A stretch of 64,000 bases of DNA. It comes from an uncultured delta proteobacterium. GTDB taxonomy: Bacteria; Desulfobacterota; Syntrophia; Syntrophales; UBA2185. Each line of letters starts with the position of its first letter. The first letter of the stretch is position 1. Under the pieces are notes generated by a model. That model ran no database searches, was not told the DNA's origin, and saw only the letters and a program-made list of their open reading frames with translations. Location of the stretch: assembly GCA_963729715.1 (NCBI GenBank), contig CAVSPA010000003.1, positions 224,001 through 288,000 of the forward strand, given 5' to 3'. Below, piece after piece: positions 28,567 to 38,578 of the stretch. The translations under genes and the position numbers were made by a program.

Positions 28567-28622
28567 GTCATGCACACGCCCGAAAAGAACATTTGCGGGC
28601 AGGCCCTGATCTGGGAATCCAG
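28567..28622. repeat. Dispersed repeat related to 50006-50060
   Basis: Shared GTCAT...CCCGAwAAGAACATT...GGGCAGGC...GGAATCCA. Confidence 0.6.
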
Positions 28623-28667
28623 ACCCGCCCGTGATGAGTCTTTCTTAATCACCCTCTCTGCATCCTC

Positions 28668-29027
28668 TCACTTTGCGCTTTCGTCATCCTCCCAGATGCC
28701 GAGGATATTATTTTCCGTATCTCTGAAGATAGCAAAATATCCCCATCCCTTGACGGGCATTTTGGAAACGAGAATCTTTCCACCGGCCTTTTCGACCTTG
28801 ATGCTGCTTTTCTCTACTGAGTCGACATCAATATAATTGACGACCGCCTTTTTGGTCTTTTCCCGTTTCGTCAAACCACCGTAAAGCGCATCCTTGCCGC
28901 CCGTCTTGATCATCCAGTAGTCCCATTTGGGAACTTTCTCGAATTCCCAGTCAAAAAGTTTTTTGCAAAATCTTTTCGCTCTTCTCAGGTCATCCGCCGG
29001 TAGTTCAAAATAGACTAGGTCTCCCAT
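28668..29027 (-). CDS. VOC/glyoxalase family protein
   Basis: MGDLVYFELPADD...FRDTENNILGIWE; GGAGGTGA RBS before ATG 29027. Confidence 0.9.
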   Translation of the reverse strand: MGDLVYFELPADDLRRAKRFCKKLFDWEFEKVPKWDYWMIKTGGKDALYGGLTKREKTKKAVVNYIDVDSVEKSSIKVEKAGGKILVSKMPVKGWGYFAIFRDTENNILGIWEDDESAK

Positions 29028-29242
29028 ACCGATCACCTCCATTTGTAGATTTCTGACAATTAGCCTACATAGTACCCTCAGCTGATGCCACCTGATTTTC
29101 CGGTGAAAAAAAATCTTATCCGGCATGGGAGAAAGGATGATCGTGCGGCGGTCTCAGGAGCGCTTGCCTGCGGGGTTCTGCCGTCTGTATGTCTTTTACC
29201 GGTGGAGAAATGGTTTCTCAACGATGGCAGTGGTTGGAGCCA

Positions 29243-30382
29243 CTATGATGCAAGCAATGCCGCGATCTCCTCTTTGCGGGCGTTGGCGTCGGCAGCGCCG
29301 ATTTCCATGAGCCTTCGTATATAGCTCGGCACGAACATCACCATGCTCAGCCAATCAAAAGTTTCCGCTTCACGGGTGCCGAGTCCCCGCATTAAGAAAC
29401 GAAACAGCCCCGGCAGATCGCGTTCATATTTTCCTGCCATCATTCCTAAATCGACGGAGGGACGCAATACGAATGCCCGCACCAACCGGAGATTAAGGTC
29501 TTCTCTTGATGATGCGCTGTCAAGGACACGGTTGACGCGCTCCAGTCCCAGCACATCCTGGTCCAGGAAATCCAAAAAAATGGCATTCATCAGGACGCCC
29601 ATGATCTGCGCGATGGACGGATAACGGCGACTCGCTTCAGAACGTGCCTCTTGTACAAAGGGCTTATAGCGGGTCGAAATTGCCAGGATTCGTCCTGCGC
29701 CGAGATGAAGAGAAGGCGAAAGCGGCGCTGATTGGCGAATAACACCATCCCCGTACCATGAACCTTCCACCTTGATGGCCGAGAAGAAAATAGGCAAAGA
29801 AGTGGAGGCCATGATCTGGTCAACGGTGATATCCGTCATGACGCTGTGTCTATCCGGCCTTTCCCACATTTCGATATTCTTTCCCTGGACCCAGGTAATG
29901 GTTTGACCTGTTGCATAGTTTGTGGCTGTGATGGCAAGGGCTTTTAGTTTTTGCTGTCGTATATTTTCGCGTATCCCTATCATTCCGCCATCCGCCGATT
30001 TGAAGCCCTTCTGCAGCATTTTTCTGAGAGGCGTAGTATCCACCAATCCTTTCGGAGCCTTTGTCCCGGACATGCCTCCTGAAAAAAGAGAGAACCCCCA
30101 ACGGAGAACATTTTTTGAGAGTGTCCATGCGTTTACATTAAAGACATGATCAGTCTGAAGTTTGAGCCAGAACTCGCTCAGTGCGTCGACAGCTTCCGCA
30201 AAGGTGCCCTGATAATTGGCAATAAACGTTGCATTGATGGCGCCCGCGGAAACACCTGTCAGTATCGGGATATTGAGGTGAGGAAATTGATCTGCGAGGG
30301 AGCGCAAAAAGCCCACCTGATAGGCGGCATGCGCCCCCCCGCCACTTAATACGAGCGCCAAATCATTATTATCGCTTTTCAA
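29243..30382 (-). CDS. Patatin-like phospholipase
   Basis: LSGGGAHAAYQVG, GVSAG and YGDG motifs. Confidence 0.9.
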   Translation of the reverse strand: MKSDNNDLALVLSGGGAHAAYQVGFLRSLADQFPHLNIPILTGVSAGAINATFIANYQGTFAEAVDALSEFWLKLQTDHVFNVNAWTLSKNVLRWGFSLFSGGMSGTKAPKGLVDTTPLRKMLQKGFKSADGGMIGIRENIRQQKLKALAITATNYATGQTITWVQGKNIEMWERPDRHSVMTDITVDQIMASTSLPIFFSAIKVEGSWYGDGVIRQSAPLSPSLHLGAGRILAISTRYKPFVQEARSEASRRYPSIAQIMGVLMNAIFLDFLDQDVLGLERVNRVLDSASSREDLNLRLVRAFVLRPSVDLGMMAGKYERDLPGLFRFLMRGLGTREAETFDWLSMVMFVPSYIRRLMEIGAADANARKEEIAALLAS

Positions 30383-30550
30383 CGACCACGCCCCTTCTTA
30401 ATGGTTTGATAAATCAACCAGTCCACTATTGAATAGTTATCATATTTGAAGCTCGACGTCTGTGATAATTTTACTGGGCCGATGACCTCCGGCGAGAATG
30501 TTACACAGCATAATTACCGGATTCAGACCAGGGCCTACCCTCGAATTCGG

Positions 30551-30625
30551 AAGCGAGCGAATGACGAACGATACTGTTCCCTAAGAATCGAAGATTCTCC
30601 GCAGCTTACTGCGGAGAGCTTCAAT
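30551..30625. repeat. Dispersed MITE-like repeat, copy 1
   Basis: AAGCGAGCGAATG...ATCGAAGATTCTCCGCAG...GAGAGCTTyAAT, shared with 57606-57680. Confidence 0.75.
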
Positions 30626-30840
30626 ATTTTTATTGGTGCGGGAATGAGGGAGGCGTTGAGGTCGAAATGACGGGCATTGACATAAGATTAAACCGTATTA
30701 ACTGCTCAATACGCTGAGAATCTATACGACGATATTTCCATTGACAGTTGGAGAGAGAAGTTTTAAATAAGCCTGTAACATCGAACCCATGAATTCATCG
30801 ACCCGCTTGCTTTTAGGGGAAGTTTTCTTGCGAGAATGAT

Positions 30841-31620
30841 ATGGATATTTCTGTAGACATTAACTGCGACATGGGGGAATCCTTCGGAGCTTACAAAATT
30901 GGGAGAGACGAAGAGATCATACGGTACATCACCTCTTCCAATATCGCCTGCGGATTTCATGCATCGGATCCTAATGTCATGGAAAGAACGGTGCGACTCT
31001 GCAAAGACCGCGGGGTCAGGGCAGGCGCGCATCCCGGCTATCCCGACTTGCCGGGTTTCGGAAGGCGGTTCATGGACATGGACCGGAAGGAATTGATAAA
31101 CGCCATCGTATATCAGGTGGGAGCCCTGCAGGGGTTTCTCTCCTTTCATCAAATGCCATTGCAGCACATAAAGATGCATGGCGCGCTCTATAACTATCTG
31201 ATCAAAGAGGAAAGCCTTTTTCTGGAGATCATGGAAATGGTGAAGAGCGCCTTCGGGGACGTGATCTTTCTGACGCTGACCACGCCGCGGACGGCGGCGC
31301 TGAAGAAGGTCCTCAAAAATAAGGGCGTGAGAATCGCGCTCGAGGCTTTTCCGGACAGGAACTACGGCGATGATGGGGAACTTCTGTCGCGAAAACACAA
31401 AGAGGCCGTGTTGAAAGATCCAGACCTAATCGCGAAGAGAGCGATACTCATGGTCAAAGAGAGGGGAATCAAGAGCGTCAGCGGCAGCTGGCTGGATATG
31501 GAGGTTGATACATTGTGCATGCACGGTGACAACCCGGAGAGCATTGATGCTGCCAGAATGCTGAAGACGCATTTTGCACAGGAAAAGATTCTCGTTAAGC
31601 CACTGGCAGAGATCTTATAG
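30841..31620 (+). CDS. pxpA: 5-oxoprolinase subunit A (LamB/YcsF)
   Basis: DINCDMGESFG, NIACGFHA, GAHPGYPDL.GFGRR, HGALYN and CMHGD motifs. Confidence 0.95.
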   Translation: MDISVDINCDMGESFGAYKIGRDEEIIRYITSSNIACGFHASDPNVMERTVRLCKDRGVRAGAHPGYPDLPGFGRRFMDMDRKELINAIVYQVGALQGFLSFHQMPLQHIKMHGALYNYLIKEESLFLEIMEMVKSAFGDVIFLTLTTPRTAALKKVLKNKGVRIALEAFPDRNYGDDGELLSRKHKEAVLKDPDLIAKRAILMVKERGIKSVSGSWLDMEVDTLCMHGDNPESIDAARMLKTHFAQEKILVKPLAEIL

Positions 31621-31623
31621 CGT

Positions 31624-32265
31624 ATGAACATTTCAAGGTACGGCGAAGAGGGGATACGGATCTTATTCGGAGAAAAAATCGATTTGGAGATCCATGAAAA
31701 GGTAAGGCGATATTATTTTTTTCTGAAGTCCCACCGATTGGAAGAAATAACCGACATCATACCCTCCTTCAGATCCTGCCTGATTCTCTTTGACAGGAAG
31801 AAAACTTCATACGAAGCGCTCACTGCCTTTTTACGGGGTAAGGAATTCCTGATTGCCCATATCGATATTCCGGAACCAAAAACCCACGATGTTCCGGTTG
31901 AATACGGAGGGAAAAGCGGCTTCGACATTGATTTTGTGGCGTCCCACACGGGATTGTCTGAAGACGAGATAATAGAGATCCATACCTCAGTCACATACAA
32001 AGTTTTTGCCGTGGGGTTCATGCCCGGGTTTCCCTATTTGGGAATCCTCGATCAGAGGCTGTATGTGCCGAGGCTGGAGACGCCTCGCTTAAGAGTTCCC
32101 GAGGGCTCCGTGGGCCTTGCTCAGCTTCAGACAGGAATATATCCCTTTGAGTCGCCGGCGGGGTGGAGAATAATAGGAAGGACGAAGCAGAAGCTCTTCG
32201 ATTACAATAAAGAGCCTTACAGCATCTTCCGGATTGGTGACAAAGTGAGATTCATACGCGCATGA
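31624..32265 (+). CDS. pxpB: 5-oxoprolinase subunit B
   Basis: GFMPGFPYLG, QTGIYP.ESPAGWRIIGRT motifs. Confidence 0.93.
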   Translation: MNISRYGEEGIRILFGEKIDLEIHEKVRRYYFFLKSHRLEEITDIIPSFRSCLILFDRKKTSYEALTAFLRGKEFLIAHIDIPEPKTHDVPVEYGGKSGFDIDFVASHTGLSEDEIIEIHTSVTYKVFAVGFMPGFPYLGILDQRLYVPRLETPRLRVPEGSVGLAQLQTGIYPFESPAGWRIIGRTKQKLFDYNKEPYSIFRIGDKVRFIRA

Positions 32266-33200
32266 TCGAGATCATTCATCCCGGAATCATGGCCATTGTC
32301 GTTGACGGAGGCAGGTTTGGATACAGGGAAGTGGGCATACCGACTTCGCCTGCCTTGGACCTGTATGCGTTCGGTGCTCTTAATAATCTCCTCGGCAACA
32401 AAGGCAATGCCCCGGCCATAGAGGTATTCGGCGAAAAATTTTCTCTGCGATTCGGCAAGGATGTCTGTTGCGCCATTACGGGAGCAAAGGTGAGAGCCAG
32501 CCTTGAGGGCAGGCCTTTGCAATCATGGATGTCTTTTACGGCAAGGGCCGGGGAGGTATTGACGGTAGACGAGGTCAGGGAGGGGTTCAGATATTATGTC
32601 GGATTTTCCGGTGCTCCCGTTCTCGAGAAAATCATTGGAAGCTATACGACCAATCTCGAGTGCCGGTTCGGCGGTTACCGGGGACGGGCTCTTCAGAAAG
32701 GCGACCGCGTTGATTTAGAGGACATCAGGATGGTAGATGTTAAGCGCATTGCCGAAGAGTTTGTGCCGTCCATGATGCCGCGGCATACGCTGAGAGTAGT
32801 GGAAGGCCCTGAAAGCAATTATTTCACTGACGAATCCCTGGCGGAATTCCTGGGCGGCAGGGGAAGGACGGCTTTCACGGTCTCCATGAAGATGAACAGG
32901 ACCGGTATCCGGCTCGACGGCAAACCCCTCGCATTCAGAGCGGATGCGGAAGAAAGCATCATATCAGAGGGATTGCTCCCCGGCAGCATCCAGGTTCCGG
33001 GAGACGGCCTGCCCATCATACAGCTCCATGAACGCACCCTCGGGGGATATGCGAGGCCGGCCCTGATAGCCAAAGTGGACCACGACCTTCTTGCCCACCT
33101 GAAGCCGGGCGACTCCGTGATCTTCGAAATGATAGGAATGGAGGAGGCGGAGCGCCTCTTCGATAGGAAAATAGAAATCGTAGCATCAATTAAGAACTGA
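32262..33200 (+). CDS. pxpC: 5-oxoprolinase subunit C
   Basis: DGGRFGY, NRTGIRL and QVPGDGLPII...GGY motifs. Confidence 0.9.
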   Translation: MIEIIHPGIMAIVVDGGRFGYREVGIPTSPALDLYAFGALNNLLGNKGNAPAIEVFGEKFSLRFGKDVCCAITGAKVRASLEGRPLQSWMSFTARAGEVLTVDEVREGFRYYVGFSGAPVLEKIIGSYTTNLECRFGGYRGRALQKGDRVDLEDIRMVDVKRIAEEFVPSMMPRHTLRVVEGPESNYFTDESLAEFLGGRGRTAFTVSMKMNRTGIRLDGKPLAFRADAEESIISEGLLPGSIQVPGDGLPIIQLHERTLGGYARPALIAKVDHDLLAHLKPGDSVIFEMIGMEEAERLFDRKIEIVASIKN

Positions 33201-33214
33201 TATAGGAGGCAGCC

Positions 33215-34474
33215 ATGTGGAAATTTCTGAGGATTTTTTTTGTGGCAATCATGGTCTTATCGTTCACCTCTCTCGCAAGCGCGCAGAATGAGATCCGGAT
33301 CGGGGTTATCTTTCCCCTGACAGGGCCTCTGGCAACCACGGGACAGGGTCTGTTAAAAGGTGCCGAGTTGGCAGCCGACATCATCAATAACAAATATAAT
33401 CTGAACATGCCGCTGGCAAAAACTGCAGGACTGCCGAATCTTAAAGGCGCCAAGATAAAGATTATCCCAGGCGACCATCAGGGCAAGCCGGAAGTCGGCA
33501 TGGCGGAGGCGGAGCGTCTCATCACGCAGGAGAAGGTCGTTGCCATCATCGGCTGCTATAACAGCGCGGTCACGGCCACTGCCGCTCAGGCCGCGGAACG
33601 TTATGGCATTCCCTTTCTAAACGACAGCTCCTCATCACCCAGTCTGACTGACAAGGGCTTCAAGTGGTTCTTCAGGACGACGCCGCACGATGATATGTTC
33701 AGCGAAAACTTCTTCATCTTTCTCAACGATCTGAAGAAGAAGAAGAAAATTACCGTGGGGCCAATTGCACTCCTTTATGAAAACACACTGTTCGGCGCGG
33801 ACTCCCGCAAATACCAGGAAATGTATGCAAAGAAGTACGGGTACCAAATCAGCGGCGCCGTGCCTTATCCCGCCAAGAGTACCCAGTTGACGTCGGAGAT
33901 TCAGAAACTCCGCAGCTATAATCCGTCCATTATCATGCAGACGTCGTACACTGCGGACGCCATCCTGTCCATGAAGACATATAAGGAACTAAATTTCGCG
34001 CCTACAGCACTGATCGCGAACAATGCGGGTTTCAATGACCCTGATTTGATCAAGTCCCTTGGAAAGGATGCAGACTACATCCTGAGCAGAGAAGTGTGGG
34101 CGAAGGATCTTTCCGCGAAAAAGCCGATGATCAAGACGGTCGCCGACATGTTTGAAAAAATAGCCGGAAAGCCCATGTCGGGCGACTACGCCCGTTCGTT
34201 TACGGGTATGATCGTTCTCGCGGATGCCATCAACCGCGCAAAATCCACGGAGCCCGCGAAAATCCAGAAGGCACTCCTGGAGACGAACATCAAGGCCGAC
34301 CAGTTGATCATGCCGTGGGACGGTGTCAAATTCAACCCGAAGACCCACCAGAACGTACTTGGCAAAGGGATCATTGTTCAGATACAGAAGGGTGAGCGCT
34401 ACACTGTATGGCCCTTCAATTTGGCCACGAAGGATGTGATCTGGCCTTTCCCGAAATGGGAGGGCAGGAAGTAA
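33215..34474 (+). CDS. HAAT-family ABC transporter substrate-binding protein
   Basis: Signal peptide; IGVIFPLTG and FFRTTPHD motifs. Confidence 0.92.
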   Translation: MWKFLRIFFVAIMVLSFTSLASAQNEIRIGVIFPLTGPLATTGQGLLKGAELAADIINNKYNLNMPLAKTAGLPNLKGAKIKIIPGDHQGKPEVGMAEAERLITQEKVVAIIGCYNSAVTATAAQAAERYGIPFLNDSSSSPSLTDKGFKWFFRTTPHDDMFSENFFIFLNDLKKKKKITVGPIALLYENTLFGADSRKYQEMYAKKYGYQISGAVPYPAKSTQLTSEIQKLRSYNPSIIMQTSYTADAILSMKTYKELNFAPTALIANNAGFNDPDLIKSLGKDADYILSREVWAKDLSAKKPMIKTVADMFEKIAGKPMSGDYARSFTGMIVLADAINRAKSTEPAKIQKALLETNIKADQLIMPWDGVKFNPKTHQNVLGKGIIVQIQKGERYTVWPFNLATKDVIWPFPKWEGRK

Positions 34475-34542
34475 CATCTCATCCACCCGGGTTTCATGCT
34501 TTAGGTGCAGGCAAAGAAGATAACGTAAAGTAGGATACATCC

Positions 34543-35406
34543 ATGGAAGGCGTCTTTACGCAAACCCTGGTGAGCGGCATCCTGATCGGTTTCGTTTATG
34601 CACTGATCGCCGTTGGTCTCACCATGATTTTTGGGATGATGGATATCGTCAATTTTGCCCATGGCGAATACCTCATGGTTGCTATGTATTTCGCTTACTG
34701 GTTTTTTGTTCTCTTCGGTATGGATCCCCTATACTCCCTTCCCTGGGTGACGGTTCTGCTGTTCCTTCTGGGAGTCGTCACCTACTACGTCTTCATCAGG
34801 CCGATCATCAACGCCCCCATGCTTTCCCAGATATTCGTAACCTTCGGCATTCTGATTCTTCTGAGAGGCGTGGCCCAGTATTTGTGGAATGGAGACTACC
34901 GCATGATCCCCCAGACGTTGACAAGCGGCAATGTCAGTATCTTCGGCGTCTATGTCGGTGTCTCGCAGCTTGTCGCAGCAGCGGGCGCAATCATCTGCAA
35001 CGGTCTTATCTTCTGGTTTCTTAAATCTACCAAGGTAGGCATGGCCCTGGAGGCGGTTTCCGAAGACAAGGAAGCGGCAAGACTCATGGGGATCAACAGT
35101 GACCGGATGTTTGCCCTTGCTTGGGGCATCGGCATCGCCACGGTCGGCGTGGCCGGCGGCTTGCTTTCGAGTTTCTATTATGTGTTTCCGGAAGTAGGCT
35201 CCAATTTTTGTCTTATAGCTTTTGTTGTTGTCGCTCTCGGCGGCTTCGGCAGTGTGCCGGGGGCGTTTATCGCGGGGATCATCGTCGGGCTGGTTGAGGT
35301 GCTCTCCGGCTATCTCATTGCGCCTTCTCTGAAGTTTATGTTCGTCCTGCTCTTGTACCTGGGCGTGGTCTTCATCAGGCCCCAGGGATTCATGGGAAGG
35401 AAATGA
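34543..35406 (+). CDS. HAAT ABC permease (LivH-like)
   Basis: YALIAVGLTMIFG...NFAHG and VALGGFGS motifs. Confidence 0.92.
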   Translation: MEGVFTQTLVSGILIGFVYALIAVGLTMIFGMMDIVNFAHGEYLMVAMYFAYWFFVLFGMDPLYSLPWVTVLLFLLGVVTYYVFIRPIINAPMLSQIFVTFGILILLRGVAQYLWNGDYRMIPQTLTSGNVSIFGVYVGVSQLVAAAGAIICNGLIFWFLKSTKVGMALEAVSEDKEAARLMGINSDRMFALAWGIGIATVGVAGGLLSSFYYVFPEVGSNFCLIAFVVVALGGFGSVPGAFIAGIIVGLVEVLSGYLIAPSLKFMFVLLLYLGVVFIRPQGFMGRK

Positions 35407-35413
35407 TGCGGTC

Positions 35414-36358
35414 ATGAAAAAGGGTCTGTTCGTATTCATATTGTTCATGTGCGCTCTCGCGGCGGTCCCGCTGTTTTTGAGCGACCCATTTATGTGCCAT
35501 ATCCTCATCATGATCATGATGTACGCCACCATGAGCATCGGCTGGAACATCATTGGCGGATATGCGGGCCAGGTCTCGTTCGGCAATGCCGCATTTTTTG
35601 GTGTAGGAGCTTATACGACGGCTATCCTCCTCGTGAACTTCAGCGTCAACCCCTGGCTGGGAATGCTGGCCGGCTGCGTCATTTCCGTAGGTCTCGCCGT
35701 GGTCGTCGGATACCCGTGTTTCCGTTTGCGGGGGCATTACTTTGCTATCGCCACCATTGCAGTGGGCGAAATCATGGTGGTGATCTTTACAAACTGGGAC
35801 TACGTCGGCGCCGCAGTGGGCATCTACATGCCCATCCTCGAGGAGTCGTTTACGAACTTTGAATTCCACTCTTCGAAGATTCCATACTACTATATAATCC
35901 TCTGCATGCTGCTGTTTGCCATCGCCGTTTCTTATGTCCTCGAGCAAAGCAGGCTGGGTTACTATCTCCGGGCAATCAAGGATGATCCTGACGGGGCGCG
36001 GAGTCTCGGGATCGATATACAGAAATGCAAAATGATCGCCTTCTCCATCTCGGCCGTATTAACCTCCATATGCGGGACGTTCTACGGCCAGTACGTGTTA
36101 TATATCGATCCGTCGAGCACGATGGACCTCATGATGTCGATCCATCTATGTATCATCGCGCTGATCGGCGGCATCGGAAAACTCTTCGGGCCCGTTATCG
36201 GGGCCTTCGTGTTCATCCCTCTCATGGAGCTAACCAGGGTGTATCTCGGAAGTGAAGGGCAGGGAATCGATATGATCATCTACTCCCTCCTAGTCATTAT
36301 GATCGCCATCTGGCGGCCGCAGGGGCTCTGGGCATTGTTTTCAAGAGGTGAGAAATGA
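35414..36358 (+). CDS. HAAT ABC permease (LivM-like)
   Basis: GYAGQVSFG, RLRGHYFAIAT motifs. Confidence 0.92.
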   Translation: MKKGLFVFILFMCALAAVPLFLSDPFMCHILIMIMMYATMSIGWNIIGGYAGQVSFGNAAFFGVGAYTTAILLVNFSVNPWLGMLAGCVISVGLAVVVGYPCFRLRGHYFAIATIAVGEIMVVIFTNWDYVGAAVGIYMPILEESFTNFEFHSSKIPYYYIILCMLLFAIAVSYVLEQSRLGYYLRAIKDDPDGARSLGIDIQKCKMIAFSISAVLTSICGTFYGQYVLYIDPSSTMDLMMSIHLCIIALIGGIGKLFGPVIGAFVFIPLMELTRVYLGSEGQGIDMIIYSLLVIMIAIWRPQGLWALFSRGEK

Positions 36359-37110
36359 GTTCCGAGATCCTCGTAGTTGACAATGTGACCAAACGCTTCG
36401 GCGGGCTTACGGCCAATGCGAATATTTCCTTCTCCATGAAGGAAGGGGAGATCATCGGTCTCATCGGACCTAACGGGGCGGGGAAATCCACGCTCTTTAA
36501 TTGTATATCCTGTTTTTACAACGCCGACGGCGGGAGAATCGTCTTCAAGGGACAGGAGATTACGCGCAAAGACCCGGAAACGATCTGCAGGATGGGTATC
36601 GGCCGGACATTTCAGATCGTCCGGATCTTCAAGGACATGAACGTGCTGGAAAATATCATGATCGGGGCATTCCTGAGATGTCCGAGACGAAAGGATGCGC
36701 AGGCCCGGTCGGAGGAAGTGGCGGGCATTTTCCGGTTCACGGACAAATTATATTTGAAAGTGACTTCTCTTACTATTTCTGAACAGAAAAGATTGGAGGT
36801 CGCCAGGGTCTTCGCAACAGAACCGAAAGTCATGCTGCTCGACGAAATGATGGCGGGCTTGAATATACATGAGATCAAAGAATCGGTTGAGCTTGTCCTG
36901 CGGCTCCGGGAGATGGGCATATCGCTTGTTCTTGTCGAACATGTGATGGAAGGCATCATGCCGATTGCAAATCGCATGGTGGTTCTGGACTACGGGGAGA
37001 AAATAGCAGAAGGAACCCCCGATGAGGTCGTTAACAACGCGAAGGTGATTGAGGCTTATTTCGGAAAAAAATATGCTGAACGTAGAGAAAATAAAACTCG
37101 GATACAATAA
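36355..37110 (+). CDS. HAAT ABC ATPase (LivG-like)
   Basis: GPNGAGKST, RTFQ, LLDE and VEH motifs. Confidence 0.92.
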   Translation: MSSEILVVDNVTKRFGGLTANANISFSMKEGEIIGLIGPNGAGKSTLFNCISCFYNADGGRIVFKGQEITRKDPETICRMGIGRTFQIVRIFKDMNVLENIMIGAFLRCPRRKDAQARSEEVAGIFRFTDKLYLKVTSLTISEQKRLEVARVFATEPKVMLLDEMMAGLNIHEIKESVELVLRLREMGISLVLVEHVMEGIMPIANRMVVLDYGEKIAEGTPDEVVNNAKVIEAYFGKKYAERRENKTRIQ

Positions 37111-37777
37111 TATCCCTGTGATTCATGACGTTTCTTTCCGCATAGAGAAAAGCGAAATAGTATCTCTCATCGGCGGCAATGGAAACGGGAAATCGACCAT
37201 ATTGAAGGGTCTCAGCGGCATCATGCACCCTTCATCAGGAAATATTATCTTCAATGGCCAGGACATCACAACGGCTGAGGCCCACAAGGTTGTAGCTTTG
37301 GGCATGTCCCACGTGCCGGAAGGGAGGCGGCTCTTCCCCAGCTTGAGCGTATACAAGAATCTGCTCTTGGGTGCCTATCTTACGGATGACAAGAAAATTA
37401 TTGAAGATCGGCTGGAATACGTCTGCAGCATCTTCCCGATCTTGAAGGACAGGGGGCAGCAGAAGGCAGGCACCCTCTCCGGCGGTGAGCAGCAGATGGT
37501 GGCCATCGGTCGGGGCCTGATGAGTAAGCCCAGGCTCCTGATGCTTGACGAGCCGTCCTGGGGCATCGCACCGAAGCTTGTCGAAAAGATATTCTCGGTG
37601 ATTCAGGATATTCGGAAGGATGGTGTAACCATTCTCCTTGTCGAACAGGACGTTCAGGAAGCCCTGGATATCTCGGATCGGGCCTACGTAATCCAGACGG
37701 GCAGGGTCGCCCTCGAAGGAACAGGCAGAGAGCTGCTTTCCTCAGAACTCATACAGAAGTCATTCCTCGGCTTGTAA
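37073..37777 (+). CDS. HAAT ABC ATPase (LivF-like)
   Basis: GGNGNGKST, VPEGRR and LSGGEQQM motifs. ATG at 37073. Confidence 0.92.
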   Translation: MLNVEKIKLGYNNIPVIHDVSFRIEKSEIVSLIGGNGNGKSTILKGLSGIMHPSSGNIIFNGQDITTAEAHKVVALGMSHVPEGRRLFPSLSVYKNLLLGAYLTDDKKIIEDRLEYVCSIFPILKDRGQQKAGTLSGGEQQMVAIGRGLMSKPRLLMLDEPSWGIAPKLVEKIFSVIQDIRKDGVTILLVEQDVQEALDISDRAYVIQTGRVALEGTGRELLSSELIQKSFLGL

Positions 37778-38287
37778 TCCCAAAGACATTGTTGATGCGG
37801 GAAACGCAAAAGTCTGCTCCAGGCGCAGTTGTATAATTTGGCCTCTCGTACTGGTCTCTATTCCCTGTTCCTTTCTTCCTTGTTGCTTTTCTTATTTTGC
37901 CAATTCACACAACATTTCCCCTGTAAATAGAAGCCTAATAAGTTGATATTATTACACTCACCATTAAGGTATCGACAAGGCTATTTTCATTCTTTTTTGT
38001 GACGGCTGGCCGTCATGAATGTTTCAATCGGAAATAATCAAAATACTGCTGAACTCTAACTTAACATGTGGTACATGTATCGGGGCAGGTCAGTGAGGAC
38101 ATCGTTGGAATAAGCACGTGATTTCCAGTTGAAATCTTCAACGGAAGTGTTTAGACTAAATGCAAGAATCTTTGCGGTGACGCTTGCCTTCCTACATCGT
38201 TTAACTGTATGTAATGGTACTGCCATTAATGATGAAAGCAGGGTATAAGAAATTACAAGTTGAGAACAGTTTAGTATTCGAGGCACC

Positions 38288-38527
38288 TTGGACGAGGGAA
38301 AATCGCACCTAAGAGACCTCTTGATTAATCGTCAATGGTGCAAGGGATGCGGCGTGTGCGTTGCTTTCTGCCCTAAGCGCGTCCTGTTGCTCGACGACAT
38401 GGGGAAAGCCGTTGTTGCGAGGGGTGAGGACTGTATTTGCTGCAGGCTCTGTGAATCTCGATGTCCCGATCTGGCCATAGAAATGCCGTTTATCCTCCAG
38501 TATGATTGGCGGGATGTTTCTCCTTGA
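38288..38527 (+). CDS. korD: 2-oxoacid:ferredoxin oxidoreductase delta subunit (2x[4Fe-4S])
   Basis: CKGCGVCVAFCP and CICCRLCESRCP. The start codon is uncertain. Confidence 0.85.
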   Translation: MDEGKSHLRDLLINRQWCKGCGVCVAFCPKRVLLLDDMGKAVVARGEDCICCRLCESRCPDLAIEMPFILQYDWRDVSP

Positions 38528-38578
38528 TTTCTGGTGTCCGGATATGGCCATAAATCACAATCGAATAGGAAAGATGAC

